The translations under genes were made by a program, and so were the position numbers. The notes under the pieces are model-generated. The model saw only the letters and a program-made list of their open reading frames with translations, was not told the DNA's origin and ran no database searches. Below are positions 9,686-19,223 of a stretch of 64,000 bases of DNA, one piece after another. Location: positions 28,869-92,868 of the IMG/VR virus record IMGVR_UViG_3300025113_000003; one strand, written 5' to 3'. The DNA comes from a virus. Each line of letters starts with the position of its first letter. Position 1 is the stretch's first letter.

Positions 9686-11049
9686 CAGACCTCCAGCGCC
9701 TTCAGCTCGCGGCGGTACATGTCCATGGCGGTGTCGGCCTCGATCTTCGCCAGGGCGGCCTTGAGCGCGGCGAGCTTTTCCTCCAGCTCGGCGATGCGGT
9801 CCTTCGTCAGCGACCAGATCTGCATCGCGAGCAGCCGCTCGTAGTCGACGAAGTGATGCTCGAGAAGCGTGGCGATCAGCTCCTTCTTGCTCGTGTCGCG
9901 GAAGAGCGCCACGTTCTTGAGGTAGAACTTGATGAAGCGAATGACCTCGCTCGCGAAGCGAACCTGCTCCTTGAGGTCGGCGATGAGGAACTGCCGACGG
10001 GTCTCCATCACCGCCAGCCGCCATGGCACGAAGGCATCTATGAGCGCCTCAGCGGACTCGAACCGCTGGAGGGTGCCGCCGATGTTCCACACCGTGAAGT
10101 TCTCGGTGTCGCGGCTGATGAGGCCGAACTTCTTGTAGAGCTCCTCGGTCGAGAGCGCCGTCGTGCTGCGTGGTACCGTGATCGTGAAGTCGAAGCCCTG
10201 CTCGGTGGAGCGGTCCTCGTAGTCCTTGATGAACTCGGCGTCCTCGAGCTTGTTGAGGCGGTCCTTGTACTGGTCGAGGTAGGTGCCGATCGGCAGCTCA
10301 GTGACCTTGATGGTGGTGCTGTTCACCACCTCCAGCTTGCCGGTGACCACGACCTGGCCGGTCTCGGGGTTGCGCTCGACGGTGCCGTTGAAGCCGTTGA
10401 ACCATGGAGTCAGGGTGCCTGGCTTGAGGCGCTTGCCGGCGAGGACCGCCAGACAGGCGTCGCGGACCTGGCCCGGGTGGTAGGAGAGGATGAGACACGC
10501 GTGGCCAGTGCCGGTGCCCTGAGCCCCGTTGACGAGAACCAGCGGGAGCAGGGGCGCGTAGGTCTTGGGCTCGATCTTCTCGCCGTCGGTCTCATGGTGC
10601 TCGAGGATCGCGTCGTCGGCCTTCGGGAAGAGAGCGCGAAACCAGGGTGAGAGCTTCGTCTCGATGTAGCGGTGAGCGGCGGACTCGGCCGTCAGGCGCG
10701 ATCCGAACTGACCTTCAGGCACGAAGAGGTTGCAGTTGTTGGAGCCTGGGTAGGCGTTCGCCATACCGACGATCGTCGAGGCGAGAGAGCCGGTGCCGTG
10801 GTGGTAGTCAGTGGAAGCTGCGACCGCTGAGGCGAGGCGCTCGACCTGGATCAGTCCCGCGTTCTCGCCGCGGAGCTGCGTGCCGTAGATAGCCTTGCGC
10901 TGCGCCGGCTTGAGGCCGTCGGTCAGCTTCGGGATGGAGCGGACGTTGTCGTAGAGCGAGAAGTCCTTGAAGGCCGTGTTGAAGAAGTGCCGAGCGGGAA
11001 TACGCCGAGCATGAACGCTACCGGTTGGAGCAGGTTTGGTTTGTTTCAT
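9685..11049 (-). CDS. Type II DNA topoisomerase, GyrA/ParC-like (T4 gp52-like) subunit
   Basis: RSIPKLTDGLKPAQRK, YHHG, GQFGSR and AAHRY (catalytic Tyr) motifs. Confidence 0.95.
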   Translation of the reverse strand: MKQTKPAPTGSVHARRIPARHFFNTAFKDFSLYDNVRSIPKLTDGLKPAQRKAIYGTQLRGENAGLIQVERLASAVAASTDYHHGTGSLASTIVGMANAYPGSNNCNLFVPEGQFGSRLTAESAAHRYIETKLSPWFRALFPKADDAILEHHETDGEKIEPKTYAPLLPLVLVNGAQGTGTGHACLILSYHPGQVRDACLAVLAGKRLKPGTLTPWFNGFNGTVERNPETGQVVVTGKLEVVNSTTIKVTELPIGTYLDQYKDRLNKLEDAEFIKDYEDRSTEQGFDFTITVPRSTTALSTEELYKKFGLISRDTENFTVWNIGGTLQRFESAEALIDAFVPWRLAVMETRRQFLIADLKEQVRFASEVIRFIKFYLKNVALFRDTSKKELIATLLEHHFVDYERLLAMQIWSLTKDRIAELEEKLAALKAALAKIEADTAMDMYRRELKALEV

Positions 11050-11093
11050 ACTGCTATTGTATCACGCTGGCGACCCGCGTGTTGATGAAAATG

Positions 11094-11109
11094 TGTAACG
11101 CGTGTTACA
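11094..11109. promoter_or_regulatory. TGTAAC-N4-GTTACA palindrome upstream of the topo gp52-like promoter
   Basis: Exact inverted repeat; minus-strand TGnTACAAT -10 near 11056-11064. Confidence 0.55.
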
Positions 11110-11245
11110 GCAGGGACCTCACGAGATAGCCGAAGGCGAAGCTGATGACCATGAGAACGAGCAGTAGCGGGGCCAAGGTGCGGTGGGCACCGGTCATCCA
11201 GATCAGAATGAGCGCCCCCTTCAGGCTGTCAATGAAGTGTCTCAT
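11105..11245 (-). CDS. Small membrane protein
   Basis: My translation MRHFIDSLKGALILIW...LLLVLMVISFAFGYLVRSLL. Confidence 0.45.
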   Translation of the reverse strand: MRHFIDSLKGALILIWMTGAHRTLAPLLLVLMVISFAFGYLVRSLL

Positions 11246-11248
11246 GGG

Positions 11249-11455
11249 TCACCAGGTGGAGTAGTCCGTGACGTCCATCTCGAGGACCTCGCCCTTCGGC
11301 CCCTTCACAGTGACGGTGACCGAGCGGCCAATGCCTGAGCTTGCCCTGAAGACGAGAGCGTAGTCGGCACCCGCCTCCATCAGCTCACGGGCCTTGCCTT
11401 CTAGGAAGCGCTTAACGCCCTTCTTCTCTTCCTTGGAAAGGGAAACGTAGCTCAC
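11249..11455 (-). CDS. Hypothetical protein
   Basis: Likely GTG start (SYVSLSKEEKK) overlapping the upstream stop; FRASSGIGRSV..DVTDYSTW. Confidence 0.55.
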   Translation of the reverse strand: MSYVSLSKEEKKGVKRFLEGKARELMEAGADYALVFRASSGIGRSVTVTVKGPKGEVLEMDVTDYSTW

Positions 11456-11805
11456 GTGATGTCCCCTTCCAACATTCCGGTATCGACCATGCCCTCGCCC
11501 GGCGCACCCGCCGCAAAGATGCGCCCGTTCCACAGCGCGTACTGATAGCCGGTCTGCATGCAGGTGGTGTACAGGTCCTGCGGCGTTGTAAGGAGCTTTG
11601 GCACGAAGACCAACTTCCAGGTAGGTGGGTCGAGGATCAGCTTCCTCTCTGCCTCTGCCCGAAGAAGCGCCCGTTTGGCGTCACTCAAGGCCTCCTCACA
11701 CTGCCACACGTGCTGCTTTGCCGCCTCAACCGTCGCGGTGGCCTGGCTCAGCTTGGTCGATTGGGTTTCAGCGCTCATCTTTGGTTCCTTCTGGTCAGTC
11801 GACAT
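11452..11805 (-). CDS. Hypothetical protein
   Basis: Coupled ORF with coiled-coil-like N-terminus. Confidence 0.55.
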   Translation of the reverse strand: MSTDQKEPKMSAETQSTKLSQATATVEAAKQHVWQCEEALSDAKRALLRAEAERKLILDPPTWKLVFVPKLLTTPQDLYTTCMQTGYQYALWNGRIFAAGAPGEGMVDTGMLEGDIT

Positions 11806-12091
11806 TGATGGTAACCCGGCGCTCGACCTTCGCCGGGATCACCTTGATGATGCGGTAGCTCTTTCGCGAGTAGCTGGCGTCGGTCTCCAGCAGCCACTTC
11901 TGTAGGACATCCTCGGCCTCGAACGCGATGTAGCTGATCACATTCGCGGACTCGGACGGATCTCCCTGGTCGTAACCAGGCACCATCACCGTGTCAGAGA
12001 CAAGGGCAGCGAAGTGCGGAACCGAGGGAACATCCTCTGCCGAGTGCACGTAGATGATGCCGTCTTGATTGAACTGCCCTGGCTGCCTCAT
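11795..12091 (-). CDS. Hypothetical protein
   Basis: ATGA overlap with the topoisomerase stop. Confidence 0.6.
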   Translation of the reverse strand: MRQPGQFNQDGIIYVHSAEDVPSVPHFAALVSDTVMVPGYDQGDPSESANVISYIAFEAEDVLQKWLLETDASYSRKSYRIIKVIPAKVERRVTINVD

Positions 12092-14064
12092 GCTGCCTCC
12101 ATGATGTGATCTTCGAAGTTGTCAGCCGGCGTCTCGAGCCAGCGCTTGCGGTCATCAGCTCGTTCGCCGTTGAAGGCGAGGTCGATGGCGGACTTGTCCT
12201 CGTCGCCATCCATGGTGATCTCGAACAGGTACCTGTCGAGGTCCTCCATGTACGGGATGAAGTCGGGGGTCTTGGTGGTGCCGAGGCCCTTGAAGTAGCG
12301 GTGCGTCCAGCCCTTCGTCTTCTCGCCAGTCCTGTGGACCCACTCCTTGAACTCGCGCTCGGTGAAGAACTCGATAACGGTCTTGTCCTTGAGATAGACC
12401 TTCACGGTCGGCGTACGCAGGAGATTGACGAAGCCCATGGTGAAGAGCTCCGGCCAGAAGGTGTCGATCACGTTCATCAGCAGGCCGGCGATGTGCGAGC
12501 CGTCGACGTCGGCGTCGGTGGCGAAGGCGACCTTGCCGAAGTTGAGCTCGTGGACGGACTTCACCGGCACACCGATCTGGAGGCCGATGATCGTGAGGAT
12601 CTTCTGGATCTCATTGGGCTCGGTCTTGCCTTCCTTCTTCTTGTCGAGGCCGAGGACGCGGGCGATGTCCTTCTCACGCACGTTGAGCGGCTTGCCCTTG
12701 AGAGGGAAGGTACCGATGAACGGGTTGGCACCGCGCGCCGCGAAGAGAGACTTGGCCGCCGAGTCTCCTTCGGCGAGGAAGAGGATGCACTGGTGCCGCT
12801 TGTGCTTCTCGAGCGCGTCCGCGAACTTGTCGACGCGCCGGTAGTTGACCTTCGCGGTGTCCTTGTTCAGCCGACGGAGGTCAGCGAGGACCTGTGCCTG
12901 CTCCTTGGCCTGCACCCAGTCGAGGATGGACTTGACCACCTCGGTCTGCAGGAGCTTCTTGATGAACTTCTCGGGCACCGCCCAGGTGCGGCCGTAGGCG
13001 CTCGGCTCGGTGATGAGCTCGTCCTTCGTCTGCGAGGAGTAGCGCGGGTTGACGATCGTGGCGTCCACAAAGAGGTGCAGGTGGTTGCGCACATCCGCCG
13101 GCTTGACCTCGACCTTGTGCTTCTTCTTGATGAAGGCGCGGACCTCGTCGACGATCTGGTTCACCACGTAGGTGATGTGGGTGCCGCCGATCTTGGTGCG
13201 GCTCGTGTTGACGAACGAGGTGTGGGTGAAGCCGTCATCGGACTTCGCCACGCCGACCTTGAAGCTCTCACCTTCGTCGAAGACGTACTCGCCGTCCTTG
13301 CCGACGAACATCTCGATGTAGTCCTTGAACGACCGCGTCATCACACGGGTGCCGTTGAAGTAGACCTTGAGGTGCGTGTTGGTCGCCGCCACCTCGTAGA
13401 CCCGAGCGAGCAGCATGTTCATGGTATCGCCGTCGATGCCGGTCATACCGAGCTTCTCGAAGTCGGGGACGTACGTGATGCGGGTGTAGCCCTTGTCGCC
13501 CTTTGCCGGCTCGACCTTCGGGTTCCGACCGCCCTGCGAGTTGTCGGTAAAGGTCATCAGGAAGCGGTTCTTGCCGTCGCAGGTCTCGACGCGAAACTTG
13601 GTGGAGAAGATGCACGTGAGCGCCGCGCCCTCGCCGTTCTGACCGGTCAGAACGGACTGGTCGCTGTCGTCGAAGTTGGTACCGGCGCGGAGCTCGAAGA
13701 TCATCTCCGGGACCCACTGGTCGTACTCGGCGTGCTTGACGACGGGGATGCCGCCGTTGTCGTAGATGGAGATCTCGCCCTTGGCCTGGTCGACCTCGAC
13801 GCGGATGGTGTCGAGGTGCTTTCCTTCAGGCCGCTTCGAGTGGTCCGCCGAGTTGGAGATGACCTCGTCGAAGAGCTTCAGGAAGCCAGGGTTGAACGTG
13901 ACCTGCACGCGCTTCATCTCGACGTCGGTCGCGGACCTGACGTTGGGAATGAACTCGGTGCTGGTGTGCGGGGCGATAGCACCGATGTAGCGACCGGGGC
14001 GAAGCAGAACATGTTCTACTTCGTTCAGCTTGCGGAACTTCTGTTCGATTGACTTGGGGGCCAT
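12088..14064 (-). CDS. Type II DNA topoisomerase, GyrB/ParE-like ATPase+TOPRIM subunit (T4 gp39+60-like)
   Basis: EHVLLRPGRYIG, DEVISNS, GQNGEGA, EGDSA, PLKGK, DADVDG and YFKGLG motifs. Confidence 0.96.
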   Translation of the reverse strand: MAPKSIEQKFRKLNEVEHVLLRPGRYIGAIAPHTSTEFIPNVRSATDVEMKRVQVTFNPGFLKLFDEVISNSADHSKRPEGKHLDTIRVEVDQAKGEISIYDNGGIPVVKHAEYDQWVPEMIFELRAGTNFDDSDQSVLTGQNGEGAALTCIFSTKFRVETCDGKNRFLMTFTDNSQGGRNPKVEPAKGDKGYTRITYVPDFEKLGMTGIDGDTMNMLLARVYEVAATNTHLKVYFNGTRVMTRSFKDYIEMFVGKDGEYVFDEGESFKVGVAKSDDGFTHTSFVNTSRTKIGGTHITYVVNQIVDEVRAFIKKKHKVEVKPADVRNHLHLFVDATIVNPRYSSQTKDELITEPSAYGRTWAVPEKFIKKLLQTEVVKSILDWVQAKEQAQVLADLRRLNKDTAKVNYRRVDKFADALEKHKRHQCILFLAEGDSAAKSLFAARGANPFIGTFPLKGKPLNVREKDIARVLGLDKKKEGKTEPNEIQKILTIIGLQIGVPVKSVHELNFGKVAFATDADVDGSHIAGLLMNVIDTFWPELFTMGFVNLLRTPTVKVYLKDKTVIEFFTEREFKEWVHRTGEKTKGWTHRYFKGLGTTKTPDFIPYMEDLDRYLFEITMDGDEDKSAIDLAFNGERADDRKRWLETPADNFEDHIMEAA

Positions 14065-14135
14065 AGGTCTCTTGGTGAGTTGCTGGTGCTATTATACACC
14101 ACTGGCCACCGCAGGTTGTAACAGAGGGTGGCCTG

Positions 14136-14303
14136 TTACTTTCTCTCGCACGTGAGCAAGATGAACTTGCCACCTGTCGCCTTCTCGCGAATGCTCTCTT
14201 TGGCGGTCTCACAGGTACCTTGGGTGAGGAACTCCTGTGAGAAGGAGGTAGCCGTGTTCGACGGATAGACGAACACGGCTATCAGCACCCAGATGGTGTT
14301 CAC
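14136..14303 (-). CDS. Small exported protein
   Basis: My translation MNTIWVLIAVFVYPS...EFLTQGTCETAK...LLTCERK. Confidence 0.45.
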   Translation of the reverse strand: MNTIWVLIAVFVYPSNTATSFSQEFLTQGTCETAKESIREKATGGKFILLTCERK

Positions 14304-14812
14304 TCCCAGACCGCCTTCTGCACCTTGACCTTGCCGACGATGCGCAGCAGCACGACCTCGATTCCGCTCTCTGCAGCGATACGCTCCGCCTCAGCCCTTA
14401 CCGTGGCCTCAGTTAGGTGAAACACCGGGTTCGTGCCGAAGGCCAGCTTGTCGGTGGGGGTCAGCGTCGCCAGCAGGAAGCCACGAGCCCCGGCGGCCGT
14501 CCTGGCGGACTGGGTCCGACCTTGCAGCGGCGCTGGGGGCGTCGCCTTGGCGACGGCCAACTCGATGGTCTTGGCGGTCTCGGACGCAAAGGTCTTGTGT
14601 GCACGGGCCAGGTAGACCAGCTGATCCGCCCGGTGCGAGCGCTTGTTCAGCGTGTAGTAGCGTCCAGACGGGGTACTCGAGCCCGTCAGGCGGGCAGGGA
14701 CCCGGCCCCTGGTGGACCAGACGCCGCCGTCGGCGTCCATGTAGTAGCCGTCCATGTAGGTGTCGATGGTCTTCAGCGAGAAGACGCGAACGGGGATTCC
14801 GAGAATGTTCAT
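14300..14812 (-). CDS. Hypothetical protein (HNH/NUMOD4-like N-terminus possible)
   Basis: GYYMDADGGVWS..HRADQLV segment; AGGA RBS. Confidence 0.55.
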   Translation of the reverse strand: MNILGIPVRVFSLKTIDTYMDGYYMDADGGVWSTRGRVPARLTGSSTPSGRYYTLNKRSHRADQLVYLARAHKTFASETAKTIELAVAKATPPAPLQGRTQSARTAAGARGFLLATLTPTDKLAFGTNPVFHLTEATVRAEAERIAAESGIEVVLLRIVGKVKVQKAVWE

Positions 14813-14824
14813 GGTGATGTCCTT

Positions 14825-15052
14825 TCAGTCGTGATCGTTGCTGTCGTACTGGGCGTCCATGTAGCCTTGCGCGCGGCCACCTGCCCAGAGAAATTCAACC
14901 TCGGTCTTGGCCGCAGCCGGGGTCAGGCCGCCCTTGATGAGGGCGTCCATGATGGTCTCGGCTCGCTCGTGGTTAGCGAGCTTGAAGTTCTCACGCTCGT
15001 TCCAGAAGTGATCTAGCGAGGTGCGAAAGACCGGGGTGCGAGGGTTCTTCAT
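14825..15052 (-). CDS. Hypothetical early protein
   Basis: Directly downstream of a TAGAAT promoter. Confidence 0.55.
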   Translation of the reverse strand: MKNPRTPVFRTSLDHFWNERENFKLANHERAETIMDALIKGGLTPAAAKTEVEFLWAGGRAQGYMDAQYDSNDHD

Positions 15053-15124
15053 GTAGTCATTCTATCACAGCAGGCTGGGATGTACATCGCGTGCGTGTAA
15101 CCTGGTATACCACCTGGTGGTATG

Positions 15125-15640
15125 TTACGCCAGGCGATACTGCTTGATGTGCGAGATGAACTGGCCGGCGGGACTCGTGAGCGGGTATCGCACCTGCTGC
15201 AGCTGCCCACCCACTTCGTAGCCGTGCTCCCAGTACGGGTCGACGAACTTCACCGTCTTGCCGTCCTGATCCTGCGTGGCGCCGCCCTCAAAGAACTCGA
15301 CGTTCCAGTACTTCTCTGGCACGATGACGCCGCACGCCGTGGCCATGCAGTTCATCGACTCGAGGTCCTCATGAAAGATAGCCACCTGCAACGCGAGCTC
15401 CGTGAACCCCAGCATGTACAGCTGATCGTAGCAGTCACGCACCCCTTTGTGGTTACCCGCACCACAGATGATGATCGTCTTGTCCTCACGTGCCCATGTG
15501 TGAAAATCCGTTGTGGCAGGTGAAGCTGGGCTGCAGGAAGCGGCAGTCGCCATCTCGCTGACGACGTGGGCCGTCTGGAGCCCGCACTGCAGCGGCGAGA
15601 TGTAGTGGTTGGCAACAAAGGAGTAGAGGCGGTAGTTCAT
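15125..15640 (-). CDS. Peptidyl-tRNA hydrolase Pth2-like protein
   Basis: SPLQCGLQTAHVV, W...DKTIIIC and FHEDLESMNCMATACG pattern typical of phage Pth2-like proteins. Confidence 0.65.
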   Translation of the reverse strand: MNYRLYSFVANHYISPLQCGLQTAHVVSEMATAASCSPASPATTDFHTWAREDKTIIICGAGNHKGVRDCYDQLYMLGFTELALQVAIFHEDLESMNCMATACGVIVPEKYWNVEFFEGGATQDQDGKTVKFVDPYWEHGYEVGGQLQQVRYPLTSPAGQFISHIKQYRLA

Positions 15641-15921
15641 GGGGCTTTCACGGTGATACGAGGTTTGACGGTGACCTGCGGCGGTGCCACGTTGACAACG
15701 GGAGCTGGCACGTTGACCGTTACGGTGCCTTCCTTAGGCACCCATTTTGCGACCTGGGTGCATGCACCGGCGACGTAGACGTGCCCATCGCTTCGATTGG
15801 ATACCTGTGAGCGCAAGCGCAGCCGCTCACAGTCCTCCCAGTTATCGAGGTTGTCGACAACTACCATTCCACCGGCACTGGAGTTCAACACGAGTATCCA
15901 GACCAGAATCTTGATCATCAC
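15637..15921 (-). CDS. Small exported protein
   Basis: Hydrophobic N-terminus, two Cys, VNV(P/A)xP repeats. Confidence 0.55.
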   Translation of the reverse strand: MMIKILVWILVLNSSAGGMVVVDNLDNWEDCERLRLRSQVSNRSDGHVYVAGACTQVAKWVPKEGTVTVNVPAPVVNVAPPQVTVKPRITVKAP

Positions 15922-16037
15922 AGCTCCCTCACCAACGCGCGCGAATTATAGCATTAGCGCACAGATAGCGCGCGCTGCTTCATGGTGTATTGTAGCTTGA
16001 GTGCCCCACAAAGTACACAGGGCAACCTGAGCTGCCC

Positions 16038-16053
16038 TGTAACAGCTGTTACA
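16038..16053. promoter_or_regulatory. Perfect palindrome TGTAACAGCTGTTACA
   Basis: Upstream of a minus-strand GTGTAC..TACAAT promoter; an adjacent GC hairpin lies at ~16018-16039. Confidence 0.55.
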
Positions 16054-16061
16054 GGCCTGTC

Positions 16062-16796
16062 TTAGGCGGCGAGCAACGTGTGAGTGTAGGTGGTTGGTGG
16101 TGCGACCCTGGTGTTGCGCCACCTAATGGCGATCTGAATGTCAGCGATGGCCTTTTCAGTGTTTTCACCTGTAACGATGGCGTCCCATGAAGAGGTGTTC
16201 TGCCAGCGGCGCTCGTCTCCAACGATAGACAGCAACCGACGGTGGTGCTCGGTGATAGCCGTGGCCACCTTCTTCTGTGCCGAGTCAGTTGACACACCGG
16301 CGAAGGCCCCCGAATAGCGGCTGCCTGAGGAGCTTGACACCTTGTCAATTGCATGCCATGAGTCATTGAGAGTGCGGTTAAGTAGGCGCTCCAACCGAAG
16401 GCTCTCCACTGCGTGAACGTAGATCTTGAAGATGTCCCATCCATGTTCGTGGCACTTCTGCTCGTAGATGGCCAGGCCCTGCGGCTCAAGCACCACTATC
16501 GGCGCTACTGCTCCAGCCATCTTGTCAGCCATCTCCTCATGCGTGACGCCGTAGCGGGTGCCGTTGAACTCGATGAGCTCAAAGAACTGACCGAGCTGCT
16601 CAAGGTTGTGCGACTGCGACTCGTTGATGAAGTAGTAGTCGACGCCTTCCTGTTCGCCTGGGCGAGGAACCCGCGTCGTCGTGCTCACGATGCGGCTGAA
16701 GATGTTCTGCTTTACCAGCTCATTGAGCAGGTAGGACTTGCCGCTGCAGGTGGGGGCTGTGATGGTGACGAGAGTGGGGTTGGTGAACTGACTCAT
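16062..16796 (-). CDS. Guanylate kinase-like nucleotide kinase
   Basis: APTCSGKS P-loop, VSTTTRVPRPGEQEGVDYYF and FNGTRYG motifs. Confidence 0.9.
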   Translation of the reverse strand: MSQFTNPTLVTITAPTCSGKSYLLNELVKQNIFSRIVSTTTRVPRPGEQEGVDYYFINESQSHNLEQLGQFFELIEFNGTRYGVTHEEMADKMAGAVAPIVVLEPQGLAIYEQKCHEHGWDIFKIYVHAVESLRLERLLNRTLNDSWHAIDKVSSSSGSRYSGAFAGVSTDSAQKKVATAITEHHRRLLSIVGDERRWQNTSSWDAIVTGENTEKAIADIQIAIRWRNTRVAPPTTYTHTLLAA

Positions 16797-17392
16797 GGAT
16801 GTTTCCTTTTGCTTCTACCTTGATACCAATCCTCTCCAGGACTGGTGACGGTTCTTTGGTTGTTTGTTCCATTGGTCCACCACTTTGTTCCTGCTGTGGC
16901 AAGACCTGCTTTCATCTTAGTTTCTGCTGTATGATATGAAAGTCGTCCGTCAATCCATCCTTCTGGACATGAGATAAATCGCTTGCTCACTGTGCCGTTG
17001 TTGCACCAAATTAACCTGCGCTCTTTCCATTTACGACGTTGTCCTTCTGAAATATCCGGCCTAATACGTCCTTTCAATTTGGCGCTGTTTATCTTCCCAA
17101 GTCTCTGATAGAAACCGTTTTCTTGCTTCACTCGATGAGCCTCTTCAGCGCCCCTAGCACACATATCTCTAAACAGCTGCTGCTTTACTTCGTCAAAGTT
17201 CACGTAGAGACTTGCGTGAAGGAAATTTGCAGAAGCAAGATCCGCTTTCTTTCCATACGTTTCATAGAGCCGACGATGTGCAGCAATATGCTCTTCGATA
17301 GTTACGTATTCGATGTTGTCATCATCGTCTGTTCCACCTGCGTGTTTTGGAGTTTTGTGATGACGATGATAGCCTTTTATTGGTTTCTTCAT
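16793..17392 (-). CDS. Free-standing HNH homing endonuclease with NUMOD-like C-terminal repeats
   Basis: HRHHKTPKHAGGTDDDDN..EEHIAAH; WCNNG/WWTNG repeats; markedly AT-rich; perfect TATAAATA at 17411-17418. Confidence 0.85.
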   Translation of the reverse strand: MKKPIKGYHRHHKTPKHAGGTDDDDNIEYVTIEEHIAAHRRLYETYGKKADLASANFLHASLYVNFDEVKQQLFRDMCARGAEEAHRVKQENGFYQRLGKINSAKLKGRIRPDISEGQRRKWKERRLIWCNNGTVSKRFISCPEGWIDGRLSYHTAETKMKAGLATAGTKWWTNGTNNQRTVTSPGEDWYQGRSKRKHP

Positions 17393-17421
17393 AGCCCACC
17401 TCTTGCGGGCTATTTATATGT

Positions 17422-18678
17422 CTATGTTGACACACTCTTCAGGTTAAGCCAATCACGGGCTATTTTCAATGATTGAGCAATAACAATCCACATATCGAGA
17501 TATTGATAGGTGCCGCAGCGGCCGATGAAGGTGACATGGTGCAGCGCCTCGGCCTTCTCCTTGTAGCGCTGGTAGAGCGCGCGGTGCGGGCAGTCAGGTA
17601 GGGACGTCTTGACTGGGTAGTACCGCTCCAGGTCGTTGTCCTTGTAGTCGCACGGCTCCTCGACCGTTAGCGTCGTCCAGTAGGGGTTGTCGCCGTGCAC
17701 CGGCAGGTTCTTCCACTCGGTGACGCGCGTGTGCGGCCCGTCATGCGTGAAGTTAACGACTGGGGCTCCCTGAAAGGTAGGGACCGGCAGTGAGAAGGTG
17801 TGCATCTTGATGGACCGCCAGGGTAGCTCGCCAAGCTCGCAGTTGAAGTAGGTGTCGATCGGCTCAGAGGTGAAGACGTGATCAAACACCCGGTCCTTGA
17901 TGCCGCACCGCGCGCACAGCCAGGCCTCGATGTCGGCTCCTGGCTGAACCAGCAGCTGACGAGAGAGCTCCAACCGTACAGTGATGTTCGGGTGATCCAG
18001 AATTCGACTGACCATCGCCGTGTAGCCGTCCTTAGGCAGGTACTGGTGCTTGTCCTTCGGAAAGTAGTGCCAGCTGCCGCTCTCAACGTTCGTCGGGATA
18101 CGCGCAGCTACCGAGGCAGGTAGCTCCTCGAGCTCAAGGCCCCACATCTTCTTGGTATAGGGCGCGAAGAGGAGGTCACAGAGCTCCTTGCCAACGGAGT
18201 TCTCGACGTGTTGACGGGAGTTGGTGACCGGGTCGTGGTGAGTGACCAGAGTTTCAAGGAAGGCGGAATGGGCGCCCCGCCGAGCGCCAAAGCCACCGAT
18301 GTCGTTGTGCCGCTCAGCGTACCACTGGGGGTGATCTTCTAACCACTCCTCGAACTGAATGTCCAGCACCTCCTCTACGGTGTCGTGGTTGATAGGCAGC
18401 GGAACGGTGATGCCATCCTTGAGCAGCGCCAGCACCCAGTGGTGATACGGTTCCCACTCGGTGAATCGAGACGCCCACTCTTGGACATCGTCGTTGGAGG
18501 TGTGCCAGAGGTGCGGTCCGTAGCGGTGTACCCGGATACCGTGCTCATTGACGTAGTCAAAGGCGTTACCAGCCACGTGGTCCCGCCTGTCGATGACCAG
18601 CACCGTGTGACCCGCCTCAGCAAGCTCGCGTGCCACAGTTGCACCGGCGAAGCCGGCACCTACCACAAGTACCTTCAT
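17422..18678 (-). CDS. glf: UDP-galactopyranose mutase
   Basis: Start MKVLVVGAGFAG (18678); AGNAFD, HRYGPHLWHT, PYTKKMWG, ARIP, RVTEWK, RYYP and GRCGTYQYLDM motifs. Confidence 0.93.
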   Translation of the reverse strand: MKVLVVGAGFAGATVARELAEAGHTVLVIDRRDHVAGNAFDYVNEHGIRVHRYGPHLWHTSNDDVQEWASRFTEWEPYHHWVLALLKDGITVPLPINHDTVEEVLDIQFEEWLEDHPQWYAERHNDIGGFGARRGAHSAFLETLVTHHDPVTNSRQHVENSVGKELCDLLFAPYTKKMWGLELEELPASVAARIPTNVESGSWHYFPKDKHQYLPKDGYTAMVSRILDHPNITVRLELSRQLLVQPGADIEAWLCARCGIKDRVFDHVFTSEPIDTYFNCELGELPWRSIKMHTFSLPVPTFQGAPVVNFTHDGPHTRVTEWKNLPVHGDNPYWTTLTVEEPCDYKDNDLERYYPVKTSLPDCPHRALYQRYKEKAEALHHVTFIGRCGTYQYLDMWIVIAQSLKIARDWLNLKSVST

Positions 18679-18986
18679 TCTTCTTCTCCGCAGAGCTTCA
18701 CTATGGTCATTGTATCTGCTACGTACCACAGACCGCCCTGACTTGCAGGTCGAGCGTGCCTGGTGTAGCCGTCAAACCTGACTCGAGCCCAGACCCGCCC
18801 CTTCTTACTGAGATGCGGTGCTAGCTTTCGGGCGCAGATGTGCCAGCCAGGTCGAAAGGCGTAGCCCTTCGTGGGGTGGCTCTCCGCCTGGTAGGTCTCA
18901 CCGACCTCTAGCCGCTGGGATCGGTTGATGAAGAGAGGCCCCAGCGACCCGTCCCGGCGACGCCGGAGCAGCTTGTAGCCGAACAC
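18675..18986 (-). CDS. Hypothetical phage protein
   Basis: Coupled ORF; GYAFRPGWH motif. Confidence 0.6.
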   Translation of the reverse strand: MFGYKLLRRRRDGSLGPLFINRSQRLEVGETYQAESHPTKGYAFRPGWHICARKLAPHLSKKGRVWARVRFDGYTRHARPASQGGLWYVADTMTIVKLCGEEE

Positions 18987-19223
18987 TCAGATATCCTCGA
19001 CCGCGTGCTCGATCTCCGCCTCGGTCAGCGGCACCCCCAGCGCCGCCTGCAGCGCCGTGCAGACCATTCGGGCGGTGGCCAGCTCCCCGTGCTCGAGCAG
19101 GTAGTCATCGACGACGTTGAGGTCGAAGTTGATGTAGGCCTTGCCGGTGTCGTGCTCGAAGAAGCCGAGCGTACGGACGCCGTCCTCGTCGTTGTAGACC
19201 TCTTTGTAGAACCGGTAGCTCAT
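18987..19223 (-). CDS. Hypothetical protein
   Basis: Coupled ORF. Confidence 0.55.
   Translation of the reverse strand: MSYRFYKEVYNDEDGVRTLGFFEHDTGKAYINFDLNVVDDYLLEHGELATARMVCTALQAALGVPLTEAEIEHAVEDI

Noticed and set aside
12106-14052. 648 aa plus-strand ORF (likewise 47158..48735, 56706..58103, 23336..24343, 9853..10650, 5180..5962)
   Set aside because: Exact antisense shadows of strongly GC3-biased real genes; no RBS, promoter or recognisable motifs.
9685-14064. Split or frameshifted topoisomerase as in T4 gene 60
   Set aside because: The large subunit is one continuous ATPase+TOPRIM ORF; only small genes separate the two subunits.
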